Of a stretch of DNA of 26,625 bases, positions 7,722 through 15,391 are shown piece by piece. Under the pieces are notes generated by a model. The model was given only the letters and a program-made list of their open reading frames with translations, was not told where the DNA came from and made no database searches. A program made the position numbers and the translations under genes. This stretch comes from a virus. Lineage: Duplodnaviria; Caudoviricetes. The stretch is taken from the IMG/VR virus record IMGVR_UViG_3300033067_000364, positions 1 through 26,625 of that record; one strand, written 5' to 3'. Each line of letters starts with the position of its first letter. Position 1 is the first letter of the stretch.

Positions 7722-8482
7722 TGGAATATCATAAAGACATAACAAAAATTTCAAAAAGTGGGTTGGATTTAATCCACAAAAGCCCCCTGCATTATTGGGA
7801 GAAGTATCTCAACCCAATGCACCAAGAAAAGAAAACGCCCGCTTTAATTTTAGGCAGCGCCGTTCATTGCGCAGTTTTGGAACCGCTTGAATTCGGCAAG
7901 CGCTACGCTGTAGCTCCTGTGGCTGACAAGCGCACAAAGGAAGGTAAAGAGATTCACTCTAATTTTGAGGCATCCGTTGAAGGGTTGCAAATTATCTCAA
8001 AAGACGATTCAATTATTTGCGAGAGAATTATGGAAGCTGTACAGCGCCATTCAGAGGCGTCACTATTGCTGAGTAAAATTAACAAAGTCGAGCAGGTGCT
8101 TGAGTTTGAGGACATGAAATGCAAGCCTGACGGAATTTGGGAATCATTGCATTTATTAATTGATTTAAAAACGACTGAGGATGCCTCACCCGCCGCCTTT
8201 GGGCGCTCAGCTTTAAAATATAGATACGACGTGCAGGCTGCGTTCTATTCTGATATTTATGAGGCTGTTTATGGGCATCGCTCTGAGGGATTTATTTTTA
8301 TTGCGGTTGAAAAAACGCCGCCTTTTGCCGTAGCTGTTTACGTTATTGAAGATGCCGACATCGAAATAGGTCGCCAAAAATATAAGGCTGACCTTGAGCG
8401 TTGGCGAGAATGCAGGCAGTCAAACGAATGGAATGGATTCTCAGGATTAAATACTTTAAAATTGCCTAACTATGGAAAATAA
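7721..8482 (+). CDS. RecE/ExoVIII-like PD-(D/E)XK exonuclease (DUF3799-like)
   Basis: ISKSGLD..KSP.HY, GSAVHCAVLEP, KCKPD, IDLKTT, YRYDVQAAFY, FIAVEKTPPF. Confidence 0.9.
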   Translation: MEYHKDITKISKSGLDLIHKSPLHYWEKYLNPMHQEKKTPALILGSAVHCAVLEPLEFGKRYAVAPVADKRTKEGKEIHSNFEASVEGLQIISKDDSIICERIMEAVQRHSEASLLLSKINKVEQVLEFEDMKCKPDGIWESLHLLIDLKTTEDASPAAFGRSALKYRYDVQAAFYSDIYEAVYGHRSEGFIFIAVEKTPPFAVAVYVIEDADIEIGRQKYKADLERWRECRQSNEWNGFSGLNTLKLPNYGK

Positions 8483-8786
8483 TATCATAATTAAATATGA
8501 GAATTTAAATCGATTTGATAGAGTTTTGTCTGTTATAAATGAAATAAACAAAATAAATCCTGAATTTATAGAATATATAATATCTATAGAAGATCACGAA
8601 GGCAATTTAGATATTAAATGCAAACCAATGTACGCAAAGCAAATAAATACATATTATAAATTTTGTTTACAAATTTGGGAATCGCATGGCGAAAGTACAG
8701 TTTGGTTTGACTCAGATGAAATACTATCAGAGCAGACTCAAAAAAAATGGAATAATATTAAAGAAGCTTTTAATAAAACAATATGA
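8472..8786 (+). CDS. AT-rich hypothetical protein between the exonuclease and the annealase
   Basis: 104-aa ORF overlapping both neighbours; visibly more AT-rich than the flanks. Confidence 0.75.
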   Translation: MENNIIIKYENLNRFDRVLSVINEINKINPEFIEYIISIEDHEGNLDIKCKPMYAKQINTYYKFCLQIWESHGESTVWFDSDEILSEQTQKKWNNIKEAFNKTI

Positions 8787-9340
8787 CAACCGAAATAACA
8801 ACACAGAACCCCGAAGAGCAGTTTGACCTCATCCAACGCAAAGCGAAAGCCCTTGCAGCCTCAACAGTCATTCCAAAAGACTACCAAAATAACATCCCCA
8901 ACACACTTGTAGCGCTTGAGATGGCGCATCGTATTGGCGCAAGTCCTTTGATGGTTATGCAGAATTTACATATCATCCACGGCCGCCCTTCATGGAGCTC
9001 GACGTTTGTAATCGCTGCACTCAATAGCTGCGGCAGATTCTCTGCCATTCGCTTTGAAGATGGCGAAGGCAGTTGCAGAGCTGTAGCCACAGAGAAAGAA
9101 ACAGGCGCCGTTTTAAATGGTCCAACAGTTACTATTGAAATGGCAAAAAAAGAAGGTTGGTTTCAAAAGACAGGCAGTAAATGGCAGACGATGCCTGAAC
9201 TTATGCTCAAATATCGTGCGGCTGCTTTTTTTGGCAGGCTTTACGCTCCCGAGATCATGATGGGGATGCACACAGAATATGAAATCCAGGATATTAGCTC
9301 AGAAAAAACGAGCACTATTGCAAAATTGATTAAAGAATAA
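8783..9340 (+). CDS. recT: RecT/Red-beta-like single-strand annealing protein
   Basis: IPKDYQNNIPNTLVALEMA, MQNLHIIHGRPSWSS, VTIEMAKKEGW, SKWQTMPELMLKYRA; paired with the exonuclease. Confidence 0.8.
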   Translation: MTTEITTQNPEEQFDLIQRKAKALAASTVIPKDYQNNIPNTLVALEMAHRIGASPLMVMQNLHIIHGRPSWSSTFVIAALNSCGRFSAIRFEDGEGSCRAVATEKETGAVLNGPTVTIEMAKKEGWFQKTGSKWQTMPELMLKYRAAAFFGRLYAPEIMMGMHTEYEIQDISSEKTSTIAKLIKE

Positions 9341-9348
9341 TATCTTTG
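9318..9348 (+). promoter_or_regulatory. Promoter TTG-N20-TATCTTTG with no downstream ORF
   Basis: Exact -33/-7 consensus and spacing. Confidence 0.55.
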
Positions 9349-9352
9349 TTCA

Positions 9353-9416
9353 AAGTCGTTAAATTCTTCTAAGGGCAAACTAGAGAGCAGGCGGGCTGAC
9401 TTACCCGCCTTTTTTT
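9353..9416 (+). ncRNA. Candidate ~64-nt small RNA
   Basis: Bounded by a consensus promoter and an intrinsic terminator; contains no ATG. Confidence 0.45.
9389..9416 (+). terminator. Intrinsic terminator
   Basis: AGGCGGG-CTGACTTA-CCCGCCT followed by a T run, at the point where the two strands' operons converge. Confidence 0.9.
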
Positions 9417-9600
9417 ATTCACCTGGTATTGCAGGTATGTCCATCCAATAAACTGGCTCTTTTAAAATTCTGCACGTCGAAGCGTCGCACCAGTCGTCGC
9501 CATCAAAATAAACGATTAAAGTTTCACCCGTTAAAAAGTGCGCCAATATTTCGCGGTCGTCTGTCGGCTTATATTTGTCAGCCTCTGCCCATTTTTTCAT
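9415..9600 (-). CDS. DUF551-like protein
   Basis: W.....KP...EIL...W.D...VYWMDIPAIP pattern. Confidence 0.75.
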   Translation of the reverse strand: MKKWAEADKYKPTDDREILAHFLTGETLIVYFDGDDWCDASTCRILKEPVYWMDIPAIPGE

Positions 9601-10187
9601 ATCAAAACAAAATCAATTTTTTCACCATCCTTAAAATTCTTAACGATATTGAACCAATACTTGTCAGGAACTACCTGGCAGCCTGCGCTCCAATTGTCAA
9701 TGAATGAGCCGAGCCCTGCACGATGAAAGTTAATTCCAAATAAACCATCCTGAGTTATTGCCGTGTCGATATTGGAATCTTTGTTTCCATCTCTATATAT
9801 TTTTATAGATTTTGTTTGTTGGAAGTAAGGAGCGCCCAACCACAATGACTTCCAATTTGCAGAAGTTTTAAAAGTATGGCTGTATTTTACCACTTGTTTA
9901 CAAGCGATTGCCGTTCCCTTAATACCGCCGTGAGTGATAGGATTCTGAATGTAATGCTTTCCTGCAGTTGTACTGCACGGGAAAACCTCGACAGGCTCGC
10001 AATTGATCCACAACACTCCAAAATCATCAAAAGTATTTGTAAGCTTATCGTCACATCTCACCCAAGTGATTCCCTTGTTTTGGTTGAAAATATATTTTTT
10101 GATTTCGGCTTTTGTTTTCTCGCCGATAATTCCATCGACTACCAAATTACAGCCGAATTTATTTAAATATGTTTGTACCTGTTTCAT
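9597..10187 (-). CDS. Probable endolysin: peptidoglycan-binding N-terminus plus L,D-transpeptidase (YkuD)-like Cys/His domain
   Basis: VQTYLNKFG.NLVVDGIIGEKT; GINFHRAG...NWSAGCQV; last major gene of the lysis cassette. Confidence 0.75.
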   Translation of the reverse strand: MKQVQTYLNKFGCNLVVDGIIGEKTKAEIKKYIFNQNKGITWVRCDDKLTNTFDDFGVLWINCEPVEVFPCSTTAGKHYIQNPITHGGIKGTAIACKQVVKYSHTFKTSANWKSLWLGAPYFQQTKSIKIYRDGNKDSNIDTAITQDGLFGINFHRAGLGSFIDNWSAGCQVVPDKYWFNIVKNFKDGEKIDFVLI

Positions 10188-10519
10188 CAGTTAAAAATTA
10201 TCAATAATATTGAGAGCGCCAATGAGCCTATAGTTACGCTCCAAAGCGTTTTGTTTTGTTTTTTAATACGAGAATTTTCGTCAAGACACTCAGCATTTTT
10301 TGAAAGCTCAGATTTAATAACGCTGCGAAGCTCGCAAATATAAACACTATCAGTGTGACGCTGTTTTTTATAAATCGATGCCAGCTCACGAGCTTTGAGT
10401 CCTTTAATTAAATACTCATTCGATGCCTTGAGCGTCGAGCTGTCGATGGAGAATGATTGCGCTGTCGAGCAGTCGGGTGCTATAAGGAGAATCCAAAAAA
10501 TAAAAATATAACGTGTCAT
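10187..10519 (-). CDS. Lysis accessory, spanin-like (signal peptide, coiled coil, C-terminal TM)
   Basis: MTRYIFIFWILLI...STAQ; C-terminal LWSVTIGSLALSILLIIFN; overlaps the upstream gene by 104 bp. Confidence 0.55.
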   Translation of the reverse strand: MTRYIFIFWILLIAPDCSTAQSFSIDSSTLKASNEYLIKGLKARELASIYKKQRHTDSVYICELRSVIKSELSKNAECLDENSRIKKQNKTLWSVTIGSLALSILLIIFN

Positions 10520-10685
10520 GTTTTTTGATGATTTTTTTACGGGTTAAATAAAAGGAATCTGTCGTTTTTAAATAGGTAGTATCGTGAATAAATTCAGCGC
10601 CTTGCTTTGCCTTTGGTTGTAGCCAAACGAGCGCCAAGAAAATAATCAATATAATTACCGCCCCTGTCCTTTGTACTTTTTGCAT
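10416..10685 (-). CDS. Lysis accessory, i-spanin-like membrane protein
   Basis: N-terminal TM AVIILIIFLALVWL; lysis cassette context. Confidence 0.55.
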   Translation of the reverse strand: MQKVQRTGAVIILIIFLALVWLQPKAKQGAEFIHDTTYLKTTDSFYLTRKKIIKKHDTLYFYFLDSPYSTRLLDSAIILHRQLDAQGIE

Positions 10686-10768
10686 GGCTTGTTATTTTTT
10701 GAATGCACGCCTTTACGCTTTCGGCGTGGTTTACTTTTAAATGTCTTGAGCGCTGTTTGCTTTGCCAT
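10655..10768 (-). CDS. Very basic 37-aa peptide; missing from the ORF track
   Basis: MAKQTALKTFKSKPRRKRKGVHSKNNKPCKKYKGQGR; bridges the gap between the holin and the next gene. Confidence 0.7.
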   Translation of the reverse strand: MAKQTALKTFKSKPRRKRKGVHSKNNKPCKKYKGQGR

Positions 10769-10952
10769 TTGTAAACTTATCAAATGAAGTGAATCCTAAT
10801 GAAAAAATAGCTATGTATTCAACAGCCTGAATGAGCTCAGGCATAGGGCTGTAAATCATGCGCCCAAAAAGAACCAAAGATCCGACAATTCCGACAAATC
10901 TTTTTGAACTAAATTCGCCTTTATCTCCTTTGAAGATTTCAAATATTTTCAT
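10737..10952 (-). CDS. Putative holin (2 TM)
   Basis: MKIFEIFKGDKGEFSSKRFVGIVGSLVLF...YIAIFSLGFTSFDKF; start moved to ATG 10952 (ATGA overlap). Confidence 0.65.
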   Translation of the reverse strand: MKIFEIFKGDKGEFSSKRFVGIVGSLVLFGRMIYSPMPELIQAVEYIAIFSLGFTSFDKFTNGKANSAQDI

Positions 10953-11122
10953 TTTTTTGATTTTAAATAATAGTAACGTATGGCAAAAATTGCCGATATT
11001 AAACTCATAATTCCAACACAAAAAGACAATATAGGTTGTAATAAAGTTGCATAGTGAGTAATAGCGCTTATTAAAGTTGCCGTAATTATGCCCTCGGCTG
11101 CTGTATCGTTATAGTGTTTCAT
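10949..11122 (-). CDS. Putative holin or antiholin, 57 aa; missing from the ORF track
   Basis: MKHYNDTAAEGIITATLISAITHYATLLQPILSFCVGIMSLISAIFAIRYYYLKSKK; ATGA overlaps at both ends. Confidence 0.75.
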   Translation of the reverse strand: MKHYNDTAAEGIITATLISAITHYATLLQPILSFCVGIMSLISAIFAIRYYYLKSKK

Positions 11123-11397
11123 TTTAATATCGTTTGTGAATACCCTTCAATAGCATTCAAATAAAATTTAATCTCATAGGAATAGACCGCTAATAACGAA
11201 TCACTTTGCTTTTGTTGGCGTTCCATAGTCGCAATTCGTTCACTCATTTTTGCATTATCACTTTCGCATTTTTTTAAGATACCTTGCTTTGTAGATTCAG
11301 AATCATAGTACAAATACCCAACAACAATAAGCATACAGAAAGTCACCGCTGCAATTGGGTTTTTCTTAAATTCTGCAAAGGATATTGGTAAGGTCAT
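11119..11397 (-). CDS. Single-TM coiled-coil protein in the lysis region
   Basis: PIAAVTFCMLIVVGYLYY TM followed by a helical charged segment. Confidence 0.7.
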   Translation of the reverse strand: MTLPISFAEFKKNPIAAVTFCMLIVVGYLYYDSESTKQGILKKCESDNAKMSERIATMERQQKQSDSLLAVYSYEIKFYLNAIEGYSQTILK

Positions 11398-11600
11398 TAT
11401 TCAGATATTGGGGTGTATTCGATTCTTTCCAACTCATTTAATTGGTCGTGAATCTCTGTAAAATTTGGGTCATTTAAAACCTCTAAGCCTACTATGTATC
11501 TATTAGAACCATCTAATACGAATAAAAGTTCTGATGTATTGTTTTGATAGCCGTTTAAAGCGTTGTATTGCTCTGTATTTGGATGTAAAACTATAATCAT
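11397..11600 (-). CDS. Hypothetical acidic protein, probably tail fibre or adhesin associated
   Basis: Translationally coupled to the upstream adhesin-like gene. Confidence 0.7.
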   Translation of the reverse strand: MIIVLHPNTEQYNALNGYQNNTSELLFVLDGSNRYIVGLEVLNDPNFTEIHDQLNELERIEYTPISE

Positions 11601-12358
11601 AATGAAGTTATGTAGGTGTTAATAGCGTTGTAGAATGAGGTATTTTCAGAAACTAAATTTGAGCCTAAAGCATGAAATCTCCATCTTGATGCGTTGTAAG
11701 TAGTGCCTGTGCGCAATGCTGTAGCGTTTGAACTTTGTACCGCTGTGGATGTTTGTGTTCTTGAAAATTGAGTAGTACCCGTAAACAATTCTACGTTTGT
11801 TGATGAGGTTCGGTTGATAGCGTGAAATCCATCTACGGCAAAATCTACTGCTGCGCTTAATACATTCGATGAGTTTATCCTATGACTTGTCACATTGCTA
11901 TTCATAGATGTATTTCCACCAGCACTAAGACCACCTTCCCATCCAGTTCCCGTGCGATTATCTACCCAAAACAAACGCCCTGCATTATTTAAAGTGTAGT
12001 TAACTCCTTGTGTAGCTGGGTTGAAATTTGTGTCAATATAACTACTAGTACCATTGCCAGTAAAACCACCATTTGTACTGAACGTCGGACTATTTACAGC
12101 AGTATAAAGACTAAGTCTTTTCCAATCAATTAACGCAAAATTACTACCGCCATCATTCGCAAACATAGCAAATGTATCTAACTTCGACCAAACCCCTGCA
12201 CTCTTCAAGCCTAACATTAATTGATTTTGTTTGATTTGCTGTGCTGAACTTGGTAGCGTGTAGCCTAAACTTGTGGCATAGGTCAACACCGCTTGATAAT
12301 CACTATCAAATGCAGCATTTCCACCGCTTGATATTATTCCGTGACTTGCTAAAATCAT
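11597..12358 (-). CDS. Putative adhesin / receptor-binding protein
   Basis: Start moved to MILASHG (12358, ATGA overlap); Ser/Thr/Gly/Asn-rich; GFTGNGTSSYIDTNFNP lectin-like beta region. Confidence 0.6.
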   Translation of the reverse strand: MILASHGIISSGGNAAFDSDYQAVLTYATSLGYTLPSSAQQIKQNQLMLGLKSAGVWSKLDTFAMFANDGGSNFALIDWKRLSLYTAVNSPTFSTNGGFTGNGTSSYIDTNFNPATQGVNYTLNNAGRLFWVDNRTGTGWEGGLSAGGNTSMNSNVTSHRINSSNVLSAAVDFAVDGFHAINRTSSTNVELFTGTTQFSRTQTSTAVQSSNATALRTGTTYNASRWRFHALGSNLVSENTSFYNAINTYITSL

Positions 12359-13074
12359 GCTGTAATATCTCCAAATAAATACCACTCATCGGTAGCAATT
12401 TTTATCAAAGTTGCACCACTATATTGAGCATTCAATTTCAATTTACCACCATTGCTGCGGATTGTCACGCCACTTGTTGCCACTATTGTTGTTTGACCAC
12501 CACCATATTGAGCCAATAGAATTTGAGTGCCTACACTAAACGCTACACTTGAATTTAAAGGCACTGTTAAGTTGTTTGCAGTTGCCACATTCATCTCAAC
12601 CAACTTGTCAGCATCGGATAAAACAAGTGTATAACTTGCAGTTTGTCGATTTGCTGTGATAAGTTTTGTAGTTTTTGCATCCAATTGCGTTTGTGCGTTA
12701 CTTGATAAAGTGTTTATATACTGAAATTCAGTACTTGTTACACTACCATCCGCAATAGCAGTTGCATCAATTCCACTTGCTGGGGCTACACTAATATTGC
12801 CACTACCTAATAATGTAGTTGAATTTATTGTCTTTATATTGGTACCGCTTACAAGTGTTGCTTGTTTACCATCTAATGCCGTTTGTGTTGCACTCGAAAT
12901 AGGCTTGTTTGCATCACTTGTATTATCAACATTGTTTAAAGCCAATGCAGTTTTTAAAGCACTTGGTGTGATTTTTTTTGTTTCGGTAGCCGACGTGTCA
13001 ACAATGGGAAATAAATCAGCAGCCGTGTCAACTGTTGAAATCGTGGTTAATTGACTTATTTTTTGATCTGCCAT
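12355..13074 (-). CDS. Tail or neck fibre protein
   Basis: MADQKISQL N-terminus; LNNVDNTSDANKPISSATQTALD and LVSGTNIKTIN fibre motifs; C-terminal ASYTLVLSD...WYLFGD domain. Confidence 0.85.
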   Translation of the reverse strand: MADQKISQLTTISTVDTAADLFPIVDTSATETKKITPSALKTALALNNVDNTSDANKPISSATQTALDGKQATLVSGTNIKTINSTTLLGSGNISVAPASGIDATAIADGSVTSTEFQYINTLSSNAQTQLDAKTTKLITANRQTASYTLVLSDADKLVEMNVATANNLTVPLNSSVAFSVGTQILLAQYGGGQTTIVATSGVTIRSNGGKLKLNAQYSGATLIKIATDEWYLFGDITA

Positions 13075-13078
13075 GTTT

Positions 13079-13114
13079 CAAAAATAATTTTTTAATTTTC
13101 TTTAATTGTTACAA
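13079..13114 (-). promoter_or_regulatory. Promoter TTGTAACA-N20-TATTTTTG, 4 nt before ATG 13074
   Basis: Same architecture as 373-407 and 24229-24264. Confidence 0.7.
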
Positions 13115-15391
13115 AATGTAATATTGAACGCCATTCGAGATAACAGTTACGACTTCATGTTGATTATTTAAAGTTATCGACGAATGACTGTCAATCGTTC
13201 CAAAAATTGTCACAGTATGATTCGAAGATGTTTTTTTAAACGTGTACCTATTGCCTTTAACCGTTGTCGCATCAGGAAGTGTGACACCAATTGAACCCTC
13301 TGCGCTGTTACATAAATAAATTTCATAGTAATCTGTAAGCGTGTAGGTGCCAGCTGTAAGCGTGGTAAATGCGCCTAGTTCTTGGAGTTGAAATTCGGAT
13401 GTATATTCAGCAGGATCATAAAAAATTTTAACAGCGTATCGAGTATCTAAATCTGGATTCGTGTCTCCTTTATCAAAAAATATTGCCTGAGATACATTTT
13501 TGGACATTACAGAATCAATGCCGCTCATTCCTCTAACATCGGATTCAAGAGATCTAACCCTAAATTCAAGCTGAGTTTTTGGGTTATTATCATAAATTAA
13601 ATCACCACCCTCAACAGCTTCATAATCTACAAATAATTTTAACCATTCGCCGTCGTAATTCTCCGAGCTTGCACTGTAAGTGTAGCCGTTATTTACCCAT
13701 GCAGCCGAATCAAAATAAAGCGTTTTTAATCCGTTAAATGTTCCGTCATCTCTAACATTGCAATTGATAACTTTTACCGCTTTCGAATAATACCCTAAAA
13801 CCTGCTGAACGAAAATAGATTCAAATGAACCCGCCCCAGTGCCAGGTGCTATCCAATTAGATGAGTTTTGCCATGCGCTGCCGTTGTAAACTTGAATACT
13901 GCCTATGCCATCTGCACCCATTCCATCATAAAAATAGGATTCTAGTTCAATAACCTTGGAAGCTTTTGGATTTATTGTATTTGTATATGTTTTTAAATTC
14001 TCGGTTACTTCCTGATAACAGGTAATCGAGCCCGTAAATGGCTCGTCAACCATACCATAAGAGCCAGGAGTCATGAGATTACGAATCATATACATATCAA
14101 AATAAAAATCAAACCCAGCTATAAGCGCGTTATCAGGTACTGAATATTCGCCGTAATATGTTGTAGTTTGCGGAGCTGGTCCCTTGTCTATTTTTATATC
14201 GCTATAATTTACCGTTGCTGTTAAGACCCATGAAGTTCCATCCCAAACATAAGTATTCCCCGTTGCCCTTTCAATCGCATAAGCTTTTATTTTTAAAACG
14301 TAAATATCTCTGCCGTTGTGTTCAAATGAAACCCTAAAATCAAACTTCACTGACTTAGTGTCAACCATCGTAACGGGGCCTATTGATAAATGAGAGTTGT
14401 TGTATGGTTTTCGCCACGGCTTTGCAACCTTTTTACTTACCGCTTTAAATGTAGTTAGCTTAACCTCTTTAATGGGCGGTTGATATGAATGAGTTGGGAA
14501 CGCTTGAAAAAATGGGCGCTCGTTATTTTCAATAGTATGCTCGTGTACAATGCTTGCATTTGTCTGAGTTAATGCCTCGGATGCTGAATAAATGTCGTAA
14601 ACTATTGCTTGAATATATGCAGCATATTGATGAATGAAAAACATTCCATTCTCTAAAATAATATAGGCCGCAAAACTCCCTAGTACTTTATTTAATGCCT
14701 CTAAACATGTTATATTGTCGTCGTCTACATCGTCACTTTGCCTAACTATTGAAGCCACTGGATCATAATTTTCAATTAAACTCGCAGCATTTATTCTCAT
14801 TCTTGGCAGCCTATAATTGCTTCCTGAACTTGTTTCGTAAGTCAACAAGGCATCGGCTACAAAATAACCTGAGCGGCTTATTGCGCCCCAATAGGCATCT
14901 AATTCTGTAGTCTTTAAAATAGACGTAATTAAATGCAATAGAGTGATTTTCCCGCTTGTAAACCAAGACTCTTTTATTTTGTAATTATCCAATAATGACA
15001 ACGTATCTACAGAGGTAATTTCATAAATTCGATTCCCTTCAACAGAGCTGCGCTGCCATGAAAACAAGTCTCCTAATATACGCCCAATCCAAACAACAGA
15101 ATTTTTTTTGTAAATAATCATTGCATGACTGCCCTCTTCATCGATGGCCATATCTTCAAAATATGCAGCGTCTGTGTTATTGTCTATTGCAAAGAATGCC
15201 GTTGCCTTTGATTTTTTGACACGATTTTCAAACAACAAATCGCCCTCACCCTGTCTCTCAATTTCGTAACCTTCACCAACAAGTCGGAGCTCACTCCCTG
15301 AGGTTGTTGAGCCGCTCGGAGCGTCCCAAATTTCAACCCTGTGAACCACTCCCGCAATGGAAGTAAATTCACCCCAATATTTTCTAGCCAC
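13109..15391 (-). CDS. Tail tip / hub protein
   Basis: Directly follows the tape measure gene; KYWGEFTS...HRVEIWD, VWIGRI...D.LSLL hub-like motifs; fibre-type C-terminal domain. Confidence 0.75.
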   Translation of the reverse strand: MARKYWGEFTSIAGVVHRVEIWDAPSGSTTSGSELRLVGEGYEIERQGEGDLLFENRVKKSKATAFFAIDNNTDAAYFEDMAIDEEGSHAMIIYKKNSVVWIGRILGDLFSWQRSSVEGNRIYEITSVDTLSLLDNYKIKESWFTSGKITLLHLITSILKTTELDAYWGAISRSGYFVADALLTYETSSGSNYRLPRMRINAASLIENYDPVASIVRQSDDVDDDNITCLEALNKVLGSFAAYIILENGMFFIHQYAAYIQAIVYDIYSASEALTQTNASIVHEHTIENNERPFFQAFPTHSYQPPIKEVKLTTFKAVSKKVAKPWRKPYNNSHLSIGPVTMVDTKSVKFDFRVSFEHNGRDIYVLKIKAYAIERATGNTYVWDGTSWVLTATVNYSDIKIDKGPAPQTTTYYGEYSVPDNALIAGFDFYFDMYMIRNLMTPGSYGMVDEPFTGSITCYQEVTENLKTYTNTINPKASKVIELESYFYDGMGADGIGSIQVYNGSAWQNSSNWIAPGTGAGSFESIFVQQVLGYYSKAVKVINCNVRDDGTFNGLKTLYFDSAAWVNNGYTYSASSENYDGEWLKLFVDYEAVEGGDLIYDNNPKTQLEFRVRSLESDVRGMSGIDSVMSKNVSQAIFFDKGDTNPDLDTRYAVKIFYDPAEYTSEFQLQELGAFTTLTAGTYTLTDYYEIYLCNSAEGSIGVTLPDATTVKGNRYTFKKTSSNHTVTIFGTIDSHSSITLNNQHEVVTVISNGVQYYIL

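Noticed and set aside
9372-9380. AGGGCAAAC resembling the start of a c-di-GMP-I riboswitch
   Set aside because: The following GNRA-capped stem and second hairpin are absent, and there is no downstream gene
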